The notes below the pieces were generated by a model. It saw only the letters and a list, made by a program, of their open reading frames with translations, did not search any database and had not been told where the DNA came from. This document shows positions 21,138-34,400 of a stretch of DNA of 64,000 nt, one piece after another (positions within the stretch are counted from its first letter, which is position 1; every line of letters starts with the position of its first letter). The stretch comes from Ramazzottius varieornatus. Its lineage: Eukaryota; Animalia; Tardigrada. A program made the position numbers and the translations under genes. The stretch spans positions 3,393,158 through 3,457,157 of the forward strand of contig BDGG01000003.1 of the NCBI GenBank assembly GCA_001949185.1, read 5' to 3'.

Positions 21138-22203
21138 TTATGGTTGAGGAGTAAATCTCAGATATCCTTTTCCGGATGGCAGGTCTTGGGTTTCCACGCC
21201 CTTTGGATAGCACTTAGCTAAATCTTCGGTTTTGACCGTGGGGGGAACAATCACCTTATCCTGTCAACGAGAAAAATGACCGATTAGCATTTTTGTAATC
21301 AGATGGCGTTTCGTATGAGCAGCCTGGAGAAACGATCTGTTTGGGACAACTCTATGTACCCCAGACTGCCAATCGACGGGCGTCACAATGTTGTGCTTGG
21401 CCACTAGCTGGAGAGAGTCAATCAGACGCAGAATTTCACTGCAATAAGCGCAATTACCCATGTATTATCAATATCGCTGATTGGTGATTACTGTTAATGT
21501 GCTAAAGGGTGACTTCGACTTCTTACTCGAAGTTGCGACCGGAAGTAGCAGGATAGACGATGAGCGCCTTCACTTTATGGTCTGGACCGATAACATACAC
21601 CACTCGCGCCGTTAGTGGCATTCCTTCGTTGTTCAGTTCATCGGGGTCCAACATGCCGAACTGCACGGCCAAAGTCCGTTTGGCATCTGCGATAATCGGG
21701 AAGGGAAACTTGCCCGTGGGAAGGGCGCAATACGCCTCCAAATCCTAGACAAGGAAGAGGCTCCTTTACATTCGAAAATCCACCCTCTCTTATAACAACA
21801 TGACAACGCCCAATGATTATTATTTTATCCCCCGAAGCTTAGGTTACACGGAATACGTCGACCAAACCTTAATCCATCCGCGATGCGATTCCGGATCATC
21901 GCACGACAGAGCAATCATTTTGACTCCACGACGTTCAAATTCCTTTGCCAGTTTGGCGGCTCGTCCCAGTTCGGTGGTGCATACAGGAGTGTAATCCCGT
22001 GGATGGGAGAAGAGGATGGTCCAGCTACAACGTACACGTTCAGTAGTATCGATCGTAACACCATAAATTTAGCCACATGACTGACATGATGAAGTTTCGC
22101 ACAGTTGCACTCACCTGTTGTTCTGCCATTCGTAAAACTTAATGGGACCTTGATCCGTCTCTCCCTGGAAATCCGGGAAGACTTCTCCCAGGTTGAACGG
22201 CAT
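21138..22203 (-). CDS. PRDX6: 1-Cys peroxiredoxin (Prdx6), multi-exon
   Basis: LFSHPRDYTPVCTTELG, FPFPIIAD, YPATSGRNF, TPVDWQ, C-terminal LPSGKGYLRFTPQP*. Confidence 0.95.
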
Positions 22204-22689
22204 GGCGTATGAAGGGGTTGGAGGCTAAGTTGGTGCAGCAGACTGGAAAACCCCGAGAACGTAACGAAAACCGGTTCCAAATACGAGTACGAGTACCCAA
22301 AATTAAATTCGTCCACAAAGGCACAAACTTAGAGAGCCGTGCGGCACATGCGATGGGCCGATGGCTTATTTTCGGTTTCCGGTCGATGCAAGTATATCGT
22401 CATCAGTGTTCTCCAAACCGCGAAGTGTAATCCTAGTAGGGTAATCTGACGACAAACTGACATCATACGTCATGTCATCGAGATGGCCACGCTGCGCAAA
22501 CAAACGATTCCGTTTTCTGAACTTTCTGTAATCGACAAGCAAAGTGTAGTCAGGAAAAACCCAGCCCCCTCTGAAAAACCACTTACACTTGATAGTTCTG
22601 CGCGTTTCTTTCGATTTCTGCATCCGTTCGTTTGTCTTTGCTTGTAGTTGTGGGCTTGTAGGTCCCAGCTGAACTTGCTACTGCACATC

Positions 22690-22965
22690 ATGTCAGAAGC
22701 GCTGAGACAACGGAACATCGCTACAGGGGATCCCGCGGGATCCGCTAGTGCGACCACGCAGGAGATGATGGACAAGAAAGCCTACAAGAATGTCCGCGCT
22801 CCCGAATCATGGAAGATAGCCTTCAAATACGGACTACCCGCAGTCATCGGAGTGCTCTTCGTTCTGGCAGTCTCCACAGGCTACTACGACACGAATACAT
22901 TCAAGGGTCTGTGGTCGTGGTTCTTCCGTTTCATCAAAGCCATATTCGTCTGGGAGGATTACTAA
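22690..22965 (+). CDS. Small putative single-pass membrane protein (~91 aa), unknown function
   Basis: MSEALRQRN start (LRQR typical of ER membrane proteins), hydrophobic YGLPAVIGVLFVLAVSTGYY, amphipathic C-terminus. Confidence 0.6.
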   Translation: MSEALRQRNIATGDPAGSASATTQEMMDKKAYKNVRAPESWKIAFKYGLPAVIGVLFVLAVSTGYYDTNTFKGLWSWFFRFIKAIFVWEDY

Positions 22966-23667
22966 ACCCATTCTCTGCCTCGGGCAAACAAGGAGTGCAG
23001 TTAGTGGACAGGCGAAGGGAATGGCTCCTGTAATCTGTACGTTAAGATATCGTTCACAGATCGCTGGCGGATCGTCTGCTCTGTAGTCTGGCTTTCGAGA
23101 TGACCCGTGGCTGCCAACGCTCAATATTCTACCATGTGCACCATTGACGAAGTTTTTTTATCATATTTTCGCTTAAACTGTTAGTACTGTATCGTAGTTT
23201 TCGACCACTCTTTTCGTTACTGGTTTCTTGCATCGCCGAAGTTCCAATTTCGACCGTTCCCGAAGCTTCATGAGACTACTGTACGACCATAATATATTGT
23301 ATCACTTAAAGCTGCCAGAGGAAACCGTTGTCACAATTAACCACAAGGAAGTGGCCCAACTCAGTCACTGGAAAACGTCGTCTACTTGACAAAACTACAT
23401 GAGCGAATTGTTAGGTCGCTGTACAACGAGGAACTCACAGAACACTAGCCGTTCCCGCTGACCCTTGTATCTTATCAGTCTATAAAATCCTATTTCGAAG
23501 GCGGGAACTCTGGTGCTTTGTGTAGCTGGGGGATCAACGAACGTCCGGGTTTCTCACCAACGCAGATTTGTCAGATCGGTCCACTGGATGTCCCAAGCAA
23601 AACTTTCGGTATATCCGACTGCAGTGACACAGACATTCGGCAGACATCTCGAGGATTGCGGGAATGA

Positions 23668-24538
23668 TCACTGTTTCGTAGCGATCTGCGAAGTCACGAA
23701 ATCGATCAGGAGCTCCGTCCATTCTTTCGCTTTTTCCTTCCCATCAGGTTTTGGACCAAGTATGTCAAATTTATAATACTGCAAAGATAGAAAGGTTCAC
23801 ACCAGAATCCATTCCGCATAGCAAAAACGCATTCAGGTCTAAAGTTGCTATTTTACATCGTGTTCTCAACTTCTTACATTAGCAATCTTCGTCATGTCCC
23901 GCAACTCAGATAACTTCTCAAGCGATACTTCTTCGCCGTTCCCTTTCATGACGGCAAGAAGCTTATCTAGTTCAGCTTGGGGAGGCGAAGGCGCCGAATG
24001 CAGCCATACGACTAGGACGAACTTATCAGCCGGTCGGAAACCGAAGGTTCGAAGAGAATCGCTGATCTACAAAAGAACACCTGGTTATCCACCCATATGC
24101 CCGAAAACCCAGACGCGATTCGCTAAACCAGCGCGTTGCTGACGGATAATACTGACCAGAGCAAGATATACCTGGGTTCGAGGAGAAACAGAGACCAGGA
24201 ACTCCATCGGAAGTGATTTCGTTATCATGGTGTTTCTCGCTGCCCTGTCCACCGCTTTTCTGGCCGCGATCTGCAGATCCAGCGGATTACCAGTGAGCTG
24301 CTTCAACAAAGAGAGAAACTGCATTATTAGAATCTTCGGGAACGGCATTGGTTGGGCTCACCATGACTGGGTCTAGGAAAGCCGCCGGAAACCTCGATTT
24401 TACTACAGCTTCGTATACGACTTTGGGGTTGAACAGACGATACAGGGAAATCGTGATGTGCCATGTTTCCGGCGTCTTAGACACGAGCAGTGTCTGCTTC
24501 GACGGAACTTCTGCTGCAGGTTCACACGAGGAATCCAT
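23668..24538 (-). CDS. TPRKB: EKC/KEOPS subunit CGI-121/TPRKB, 4 exons
   Basis: Spliced translation: AAFLDPVM-LTGNPLDLQIAARKAV...MITKSLPMEFLVSVSPRTQ-ISDSLRTFG...YKF...LIDFVTSQIATKQ*, matching the CGI-121 pattern. Confidence 0.8.
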
Positions 24539-24642
24539 TTTTAGCTTTGGGAATGCAGAGTGGGAAAACCGCGCAAAGGCAGCTCCAGAAAGTCGGAATG
24601 GGAAAATGGAAATATAATTTTGCCAGAATTGCAAACTTGACA

Positions 24643-24870
24643 TGGGCTGTGGGCAAGGTTCCTCAGAAGTCTGGGGTCATGGGGTAGAGGCACAGCTGAT
24701 GAAATTAAACAAAGGCAAGGGAGGGTTTCAGGTTTTTCTTGAAAAGTTTTGGCCGTCACATGGCAAGCCCCGGCCCCTACCCTTGAGCTACCCCGGCCCT
24801 TGTCTAAATTTCATCGATTGTGTCTCTACGCCGTGACCCCAGATTTCTGAGGAGCTCTGCCCGGAGCCCA
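24643..24870. repeat. Long imperfect inverted repeat (~70-bp arms, ~80-bp loop)
   Basis: 24643-24716 is the reverse complement of about 24796-24870, with 12 mismatches in the first 64 bp. Confidence 0.85.
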
Positions 24871-25535
24871 CATCGGCCACATGTTCTCCGTTTGTGCCCC
24901 CTCGGTGTGAGCCTGAAAAGTGAGGTGCGTCTGAAAAGTTGCAAACCTTCCCTCTTGAGTTACACATGGCTGTTCTGGTTTGATTGCTTGATTCAAAGTC
25001 TGCCCATCTGCGAAGCCCTGGCTGAGGCGGCGGCTCCAAGTCTCCAAATGGCACCCTTTTCGTTTGGCCGGAAGTAACCGAAAGTCAACTGGCAAGAACG
25101 AAGAAGTCATCCTTCCACCTTCGACTCAACACAGTCTTTGCTCATTGCAGGTTATCAAGAGGTGTCTGTTGCATTGGAGGATTAAGACGCTGCGGTAAGC
25201 GTAGACAGGCTGCTGTCGTTCTGATGTAAACTTGCACGCGTGATCGCTTAGATTTCATAGATATCGTCGAATCATCGATTACCATAATCTTCTTTCCAGG
25301 TCCGCGATCTCCAGGATCCTGTTCAACCCAGCCAAGACGCACGGATACATGTACTGGAATCTTTCAACAGAAAATCCGTGTTTGGGCTGAGAATGGGCAA
25401 CGATGTGGATTTCTAAGCGACTGGCCTCTCGCCGGCGGACTTATATGTAACACTGCTCGCCCCAGCTCCGTGCTCCTTTCATGCGCTCTTGGAGCAAGAA
25501 AGAAAGATTAATTAGATCACCCCGCAGTTCGTGAG

Positions 25536-27062
25536 ATGGCAGGATTTTTCGAGTAACAGCTGCATCTAACATCTAGCCGTCGAGCTCTTCGGAATTATTA
25601 ACCAGACTGTTTTCCGTTACAGAGCGACGCAGAAGGCTCAGGCAGAAGGATCCGTAGCGCAGACTCTGGATTTGGATGTCCTCTCCGGTGTAAAGACTAT
25701 AGTGGACAAGGTTAACCTAGAAGGAATCGGTAGGACGAAAGACGGAGTGTTGCATAAAGAATGCCAGCGGATATTTCGTTCGGAAAACTTCGAAGAATTG
25801 ATCCTGAATGTCGACTTCACCATCAAAGAGTTCCAGCGACTGGGACTCTTCAAAGCAATAGGCGTGCTGATCGACGTTGGCAAAGAGCCTCAGAACTACG
25901 AAGTTTCCTTCTTCGTCAAGGAACCCAACCAGCTGTTCGGATCCGTCCAAACTACCGTTTCCGGCAGTGGTGACACCGGATTGAACGTCGCGGTCGAAAC
26001 TCCAAATGTTTTCGGATCAGGACAACGATTTCGCATAGAGCAAGGTCCGTATATTTCTGCATTACAGTACAATCTCGGATGTTTCAAGCTTCTTCGGACG
26101 TGCTTTACTGAGCTATGAACTTAGAGTCTTATCCTAAAATTCATTCGCTTGTCCTCGCAGGTTTCGGAACGAAGACGAAGTCCCACTTTTCTTTTTCCTA
26201 CGGCCACCCAATCCAGCTCTCCGCCATAAAGTATATCAACGCTGGAGTCTTCCGCAGGAACTTCACGTTCGATGCTAGTGGTCTGTTTAACGTGGATCAC
26301 GGCCTCTCCCTCGACATACAAAACGAAGTGGGTCCATACGGAACCAGGCATCGCATAGGCTGGGAAGGTTCCTGGAGGTTCGTCAATAGCTTCAACCCGA
26401 AGACGCCCTACGAAGTCCGTCAGTACACTGGCCATTCATTAAAGTCTGCCGTCATCAACGAAATCATCCATGACACGAGAGACCATGCAATGCTTCCAGA
26501 AGAAGGCTTCCTGGTCCGAGTCTTTAACGAGTTAGCAGGGTTGGGTGGAGATGTGATGCATCTGAAAACAGAAGCCCACTTGCAGATGAACGTCTCGCTT
26601 TACAAGAGTATCGTAGCACAAGCCACACTAGGTTGTGGTCAGGTGATGCCTTTCGGCCTGAATCCTGTTAGCATTTCAGATAGGTACTTTCTCGGCGGGC
26701 TGAACTTTCGAGGGTTCACACAGAACCATGTGGGTCCTCATGCTGGCAACTTTGCGATCGGAGGTAACCTCTTCTGGACTTCCGGGTTGCATTTGTACGC
26801 TCCTTTGCCTTTTGGGGATCCTTACCAGCCGCTTCTAAGACATATTAGATTGCATGGCTTTGGGAATGTGGGAGGTTTGGGCAATGCGGGATGGAGTGGC
26901 CTGTTTAGTAATTTCCCTATGTCGGCAGGATGTGGTGTTGTTCTTGCACTAGGAAAACTTGCTCGATTAGAAATCAATTTTACGAAAGTTCTGACGACGA
27001 CCGGCTCCGAAGTGCTGTCTCCTGGTCAGATTTCTTTTGGGTTTGGTGTAGTATATTCGTAG
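25536..27062 (+). CDS. SAMM50: Sorting and assembly machinery component 50 (Omp85 family), 3 exons; start inferred
   Basis: POTRA region (LEGIGRTKD, QRLGLFKAIGVLID), PNVFGSG, GHSLKS, ELAGLGGDV, DRYFLGG-NFRGF, ARLEINF, terminal FGFGVVYS beta-signal. Confidence 0.92.
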
Positions 27063-27358
27063 TTGTGCCTATAATGCTGCATTTCTGCACCCTATCACGT
27101 CATTAAAGCTTACGGATGTGATCTATTTAACGGATATCAGTAACGTATTCAGTTTGATGTTTCACAACACAGTAAGTACAGTTAATATTGATACAAGTCT
27201 GCGGGGTAAAATGGCGAAGGGAAAAACACATCATTCTCGATTAGGTACTCTGCACAGTCACGGTAAAACCATTAGGGGATGCACCTTAAGTACAGCACCT
27301 CCGCGCACTGAAAAGCCGATAACTTCCTGTTAGCTAACGCTCTACTCGGAGGAAGAGT

Positions 27359-27999
27359 CTAGGATTTCTTCTTCTTTGGGTTGATGAGTCCCCACGCAAT
27401 ATACAGCGACCAGAACACTCCACCAACTGACAGAACAAAGCTTGTCCAGTAAAGAACTTCGTCCAGAGGTGTTTTACGCCAGATTGGTTTTCCCGTGGGA
27501 GTCTATAACAAGAATGTCAACAAAACTCGCTTTAAATACCATCAAACACGGACCGAGAGATTGAGTATCAATACTCCTCTCAACCTACCTGGAAAAACTC
27601 TTGCATCTTCCTCATTTCGGGAGTGACGGGTCCTGTAAGGCACAACTGAGATAACACCAATACCAAAAAGTGCAGCATAAGTGCATGATTACACTGACAA
27701 GAACGCATGTCAATGACATGATGCCATTGATGCCAGCCCGAGATCAAGACAAGCCTGCCTATCTTCAGTAATATCTCTGAACAAGTGAACCTATGTATAT
27801 GGTGGAACTGACCTGGAAATGCATTGTAGTCGATCTTGTCCTTAACATCGAAAGGCTTGCTGAGGGGTGGCTGTTGAACAACGCTACTTTGGTAGCTTTC
27901 ATGGCGTGCAAGGATCAAGCATTGGTTTTCCAGACCCCGTCTGCTCCCTGCAGACCTTAGAAGCGCCGGAGCGCGCATCAAAGCATGTCGAAACTCCAT
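27359..27999 (-). CDS. COX7A: Cytochrome c oxidase subunit 7A-like, 3 exons
   Basis: Mitochondrial presequence; MRKMQEFFQ-TPTGKPIWRKTPLDEVLYWTSFVLSVGGVFWSLYIAWGLINPKKKKS matches the COX7A pattern (KQKLFQ..PVHLK..D..LY..T..L..GG). Confidence 0.7.
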
Positions 28000-28677
28000 G
28001 ACAGAGCAAGATGCTACAGGTAGATGGAACTTCGTAAGGTGGGAAGTTTGCTGCCGAGAAGTATCCCGAATTCCAGAATTGCAAGATCTGACAGACTGAC
28101 ACCCTTACTTAACGGACTTGACATGCGGATTGCGAAGTCCTCGGTAGACATGAATTACGTCATGGTAAGATTCATACGTTGCCAGTTGATTACTACTTCA
28201 TTGATTATGCTTCGTTCCTGCATTTCGGTAAGATAACCGCTTGATTCATGGATCAGGTGATCCAGAACGCATCAATATTCCGTGGACGGTGCCACAGCCC
28301 AGACATGTCTGGTCAGTTAGTTCGGTCGGTGCGTTTCGCCGGAGTGGATAAGTGGGATTCTTCCGTGAGACCGTGACTTCCGCCGCATCTTCCCGGTTTA
28401 TTTTTATTAGATGATTTTTCTTTGGGCTGACAGAGCAGGAGTTCCAGTCGCTGATTACGAATGCTGTCTGCGACTTTATGAACTCCCCTCGTGTAGTAGA
28501 GATGCATTCCCTGCGGCGGCGGAGGAGAGCTATCGACGTGGAATGCGGAGGAGAAGAGAGATGATCGTCGTTGTCCGCTATCTTTGGCTATAGTGCTCTT
28601 GGCGAAGTCTTCCGAAAGTCTTCGTTGTTGGTATCGGACGGACATCGAAAACCTGACTTTCAGTCTGGGACGCAAGC

Positions 28678-31201
28678 ATGGGTAAAACGTTCAACTTCAA
28701 AGTAAGAAAACTCAAAACCATTGCGTCACTCGTTTCTCTCGTGGTGGTTATTCATTAATACGTATGATGGTTTACCCATAGGTGCTTTTTTCCAGGGAGT
28801 GACGAAGACTCTAATCTTTGCGATTCTGTCCGTTGGTTTCGGCTCTTCTTTCCTATATGGATATAACATCGGTGTTATCAACGCGCCGCAAACGGTACTT
28901 CTTGTCAAGACGTCCACTTCCGGTGGTTCCGTTATTATCTGACGGAGTTGCGTAATTAACGTAGAGTACTTCTAATGACAGTCATCTTTGCGTAGGTTGT
29001 CGGTATGTGGATCCGAAGTGTCACCTGCGGCCGGATGATCGGCCATTCATACTCAAGCTACGTATGCGGTGTGGACGCGGAAGTCTCTGCACAAAACGGT
29101 ACAAGCGGCACATCTAATCGTCGTGGATCACGGTTCGAGAACGCGACTGAAACCGATCTCTGGTGCTGCGAACTGACCGACGACGATCAGCAACGTCTGT
29201 TTCGGGATAACTACAAGTTGAACGTCATGTGGACGGCGGTTGCATCTGTCTTCTGTGTCGGCGGTCTACTTGGCGCACTGGCCAGTAACTACCTCGTCTT
29301 CCGCTTTGGAAGGTTGGTCCGAATGAGGGTTTTTCGATACTTCGTGTGACTGTGCCGTGCGCATTGTTCCAACTCCGCTTTTCGATACAGGAAAGGAACC
29401 CTTCTGCTCAACAATCTTACCGGATTTGGTGCTCTTGGCTTCCTGGTCTTTCCCCGTTTAGCCTTCTCGTACGAGATGCTTCTAATCGGTCGCTTTCTTG
29501 CTGGGTTAAACGGCGGTAAGTATTCCGCGTAGACGGTGTTCGGCATTGCGGAATTCGTCCTAGCATTGCGGATATTGCAAGCAGAGAATAATTTTCTCTC
29601 TGTGATCGAAGGTGTAACTTCCGCGGTTGCGCCACTGTATATGGTCGAAATTCCTCCAACCCACATCCGCGGAACTCTCGGAGGTCTTCACCAGTTCTTC
29701 ATCGTCCTGGCGATCCTGATCTCTCAGATCTTGGGTCATCCTAAGGTTCTCGGAAATGACCTTTACTGGCCTTACCTGTTCGGTATCGGCATCATCCCGA
29801 TAGTCTTCCAGCTCTTGACGTTGCCTTTCTGTCCGGAAAGTCCCAAGTACCTGTACTTGGATAAGGATAAGGAGGCCAAAGCGGAGAAAGCAATGAAACG
29901 GTTGAGACGTAAATCAGTCTACGACGAAGAAATGGAGGACCTGCGGGAGAAGAAGGAAACGACAGACGACCAACGTTTGACGATGTTGGCTCTGTTCAAA
30001 GATCCCTTCTTGAGACGGGTCGCCATCATGTCCATGATCGTAACGAGCTGCAGCCACGTCTCCGGTCACGGAACGGTAACGATAATCCACACTGGACTCT
30101 TTCCGGAGAAATTTAATTGTTTGATATTGACCTCCTTTTTTTCCAGGTAATTTATTACTCGACGGCAGTGTTCAAGTCAGCTGGATTGACCGGTGGAACT
30201 GCCATCTGGGCCACAATCGGTATGGGTGCTCTGTATGCCCTGTCGACCTTCGTGACGGCTGCCACGGTGGAGAAAGCGGGTCGGAAGACATTGTTGTTGA
30301 TCGGTGAGTTCTTGATCTGTGAGCCTCGAGTAAACTAACCTTCAAAATATCGTTTACCGGTACGTAGCATTTACGTGTTCGTAGGCTTGGGTGGCATGGG
30401 CATACTGACCATCTTGCTAACTGCCTTCATGGTTATGTTTGTAAGTTTGCTGCTGTGTTATTCAGTTTTTGAGAAATTGTAGTGAAGATACGAGTTGTCC
30501 GATATGAACAGAGGTTAGCTTGAGTTTTGTTGTAGCAAAAAACACACAGTTCGTCTGGAGCAGTAAAGGAAGGTGGTGAAGGATACGAGTGGACTTCATA
30601 CGCTAGCATGGTGGCCATCTTCCTGCACACAATCATCTACTCCATTGGCCCCGGTATGTTGCCTTTATTCCGTCATCGTTAGCTGACTAGATGCACGTTA
30701 GATTTTTTACGCATGACGTGTGGATCCTGTTCTTACCGATGCTGTTTTCAGGAACTATCCCGGCGTTTCTAGTGAGCGAAATGTTCACACAAGGTAAATA
30801 GGCATTATCTCATCAACATCATTCATAATTTTATCAGTGTGAAATCTTACGTAAAACGTTTACCTGTAGGTCCACGAGCGGCAGTCACTAGTTTAGCGCT
30901 GGCGGTGAACTGGCTGAGTGCCTTAATTGTTGTTTTGCTTTATCCGTTGGTCCAGGTTAGAACAACATGAAACGTTGTTTTTACTGTTTCGTATTAACTT
31001 CTCGTTGTCTAATCTTGACTGATTACTTCACTACTGTAGGCTGAGATTGGCGGTTACACCTTCTTGATCTTCGCGGGAGCGTTAGCTGTCTATTTTGGCT
31101 ATGTCTGGCTCAGAGTCCCCGAAACCAAGGGAAAGACGCCTGAAGAAGTTATGGAAGTGCTGAAGGAGAAGTTCGGCTTTAGTGGTGATCAGTCTCGGTG
31201 A
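28678..31201 (+). CDS. Facilitated sugar transporter (SLC2/GLUT class I-like MFS), multi-exon, divergent binding site
   Basis: GSSFLYGYNIGVINAPQ, RFGRK, GRFLAG, PLYMVEIPPTHIRG, CPESPKYL, VEKAGRK, GPG, PETKGKT. Confidence 0.9.
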
Positions 31202-33662
31202 GAACTCCGAGAAGTGCCTTTTGTTTCGTGGTCGTGTTTTCCCTGAGTTCAGCCTGTTCCGGTGGCATGAGTCCCTTCTCCCAACCATTCCTTGTCCTAA
31301 GTTTTAATTCTATTTCTTCCATTTCCTTTCTTTAATGCACTCCCTCCGACCAAACACAACGAGCAATAATCAAGATTCCTTCAGCATTTAATTGTTACCG
31401 ACGTTGTTGTGTGTTGCAGGCCAACTGCATCACAAGTTGTGTGTTGAAATGTTACCTCCAAGCTTTTAACGAAATAAACCAAGTGTGACAACTGTGGGCT
31501 CCCTGCAATGGAAAAGAAGAAACAAGTAAACAGGAACAAGCACGGTTTTCGCAAGACGGAAAATCCACTCCGGAAAAGCTATGCAGAAACTCGGCAGTGC
31601 TTGAAACCACCGATACCAGGCGCCAGGGCTGCAGAAAAATGAACCCGAAACTCCTGGCTTGAACTGACAATAGTCGACTGGTGACTGAGTGAGACTTTGG
31701 CTTCCCACTTGATTTCTGGAACTGTCAATGTTGGCTTACTTGCTCAGTATGGTGGTTGGGGAACTTCGTAAATTCTTCGGTTATTGGGCGGGAAACCTTG
31801 GGATATTCTCCAGTATGCCAGTAAATGCTGAAGCCAAATCTGTGTGTTCCAACAAACACTTATCACAAACAGTTACATTAATGCAACTTGGATCTTTATT
31901 CGAGGATCTCTTGCTAGTTAGTCTCTGTACATCAAATTTGAATTTTTCATCAGCAGTAACTCTGAAGGATCGATGTCTTACCCTGACTTGTAAAGGCGGT
32001 AGTCCGAGTTCGGCTGCCGTTATCTGGATATCGGAGACTCCCGGATTCAAGTTCTTGCGGAGTAACGCGAGTAGGGCTTCTTCCTGGTCGGTCCTGATCT
32101 GTGGCAGGTCTCGCGAATCGACCAGGCGAGCTCGTAACGATGGGTATGGCATCTCGATGAGGTCCACTATTACGAGGAGTACTTCGGTAACGATAAGCCC
32201 GAAATGCACCAACAAAACGTTCGGTAAGATATCAGAATTTTGATGATGGGACCTTTGATAAAATTTACACATGGGACGATGGTGGATCATGAAATATTGC
32301 ATAACATGGTTCAACACGGAAAAAGAAATTTCCGGTGAGGAAGTGCCGAGCGAAAGACTGTGAGTTCATCACTAGCAAGTGAGAAGATGGGTTCTTGCAA
32401 AGCGCACACGCGAGGTTGCGTGTGGCGCGCATTGTTGAACGATAGGGTGTGACCAGACAACGCTCCTATTCAAAGCGTTTCGGAAACCCGTAAATCGCTG
32501 AAACACCAGGAAGTGCTATTGTAGTCGTCATGCGCAAGGGTATTTTGTTCGACAGAATTTACGATGTGTACCGTTTTACTGTGTCTCTCCATCGCAAAAG
32601 CCGTGTTTGACATCACCAGATATACAAAAATACATTCGACTTGCTCAGCACCGTATTCACTTAGAGATATCCATGAGCGAGGGCTGACGGATCCAAAAAC
32701 TAAGGATAGAGATAGCGAACTCCAGGAAGCTCTTCGTACTTGGAGTCGTTCGATTTTTTTTCGCGCGCGCAGAGCAGCCTGAGCCTTGAGGGTAGAGCAG
32801 TCATCCGGCTAATTGGTGGCATAAATGGCCACATCCGGTGTACTTTGTTGCTTTCCGCATTCCTTATTCGTACTATAGACAGCCGTAGCTAGTGCAGGGA
32901 GCTGAGAAGGCGAAGATCCTTTACGACCAGGGATCAAGATTGGCTATCCGCTGCACTTGGGCACTAATAAGATGTGCCTCAAAAAAAAACAAAGATTCCG
33001 ATAGAGTACACCGCGATTAACCGCAGGCTTGAAGTTCTTCACCTGTTCCAGCTTATGGTCAAAGGATCGGAAGCTGAAGACAGAGGATGTATCCGTGTCC
33101 CGCTTAATAATGTACTGTGGTACGACCCAAGAACCTCCTCTGTTGTGTGGCTCCCTCTACTTCGTGCTGAGTGGAACAATCACCATGGACTTCGATCAAC
33201 CGGAGAAGCCATTGTCAATACGACGGCGGATATCAGTGTAATGACGTACTGTGGATCTATGACATGACAACCTGACCAGTTGTTACTCAATACTCATAAA
33301 AGAATGCAGCGATATTTCCACTTTCCACAAAACATTTGTTCGTGTCCAGAGCCGTCAACTTCCCCTTTCGCGGTGCTCATAGTCCTGGGCTTGGGCTGGA
33401 TGACGGAGCTCCTTTCGCTGTCAAGTTAGAGGCTGGAGACGTTCCGAACGTGACCGCCGTCTTCTCAAGAGGAGCCAACAAGGTGCAGCGATTTGCCATT
33501 TGCCTCCGAGTCTTGGATCTTCTGTCCCTCGACTGTGCTGAAGCTGTCTCGTTGAGCCTATTTGATCGTCGATAGCAGGTAGGATGAGAGGAGTGTACCT
33601 GCAGAGGTACGGGTAGAGCGACGCGCGGAGGAGATAATATGTTTATGTGGTTTTCCAGGAGC

Positions 33663-34057
33663 ATGGCGCACACAATTTTATTGCTCCAGACCACGGCCAA
33701 TCCTGCAAGCAGGACATACTGTGACTACGAGACAGAAGATGAATGCCTGGAAGGAATATGCCGGATCTTTGAGTTGAACCTAAGGAAATCGATGCCTGGC
33801 GAAGGATCCATAACCTACGATATTCGAGATCTCTACGATTTCATCGACAGGTAATATTTTTGTTATATTCTTGAATGTGCATGCAAACAATCAGATGCAA
33901 GATATCTTACTAGTTTTGAACGTTCGGTAGGTTGGAAGACATCAGTATTATGGTCAGCCAGGAACCGAAAGGATCTCCTCTGTACCTACCTCGAGGCAAG
34001 CAGTTTATTAAAGAGGCCATTTACGAACTTTTACTTCGGGTTAGAAATAAGCAGTAG
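33663..34057 (+). CDS. ERH: Enhancer of rudimentary homolog, 2 exons
   Basis: MAHTILLLQ...SRTYCDYET..ECLEGICRIFE..L...ITYDIRDLYDFIDR-LEDISIMV...YLPRGKQFIKEAIYELL. Confidence 0.93.
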
Positions 34058-34400
34058 TTACAAGCTCCAAAATGCATCGAATACTGTCACGGCTCCTTGT
34101 ATAACTTCGAACTTGGGACTGATCTTTCTTGAAACGTTAGTTGAACCTGCCACATGATAAGCTTTTTATTCCAACTTCTCCAGTAGTAAGTGTTGTAATT
34201 TGAAACAAAATTTTCCATTTGTTCGCCATATTTTTTGGTATGGCTCCAGCCGTGGGTGGGACGGTTTTGTCACCTCTAAATGCGAAGCAGAACTACTATG
34301 GTATCCCCGCAAAGGCTGTAAGTGTCAAATGAAGAGTGGTTCGAATGCTCGAAATTCCAGAGTTTCTCGTGAGTTTTTCTTACTGGGAGACCGGTAAACG

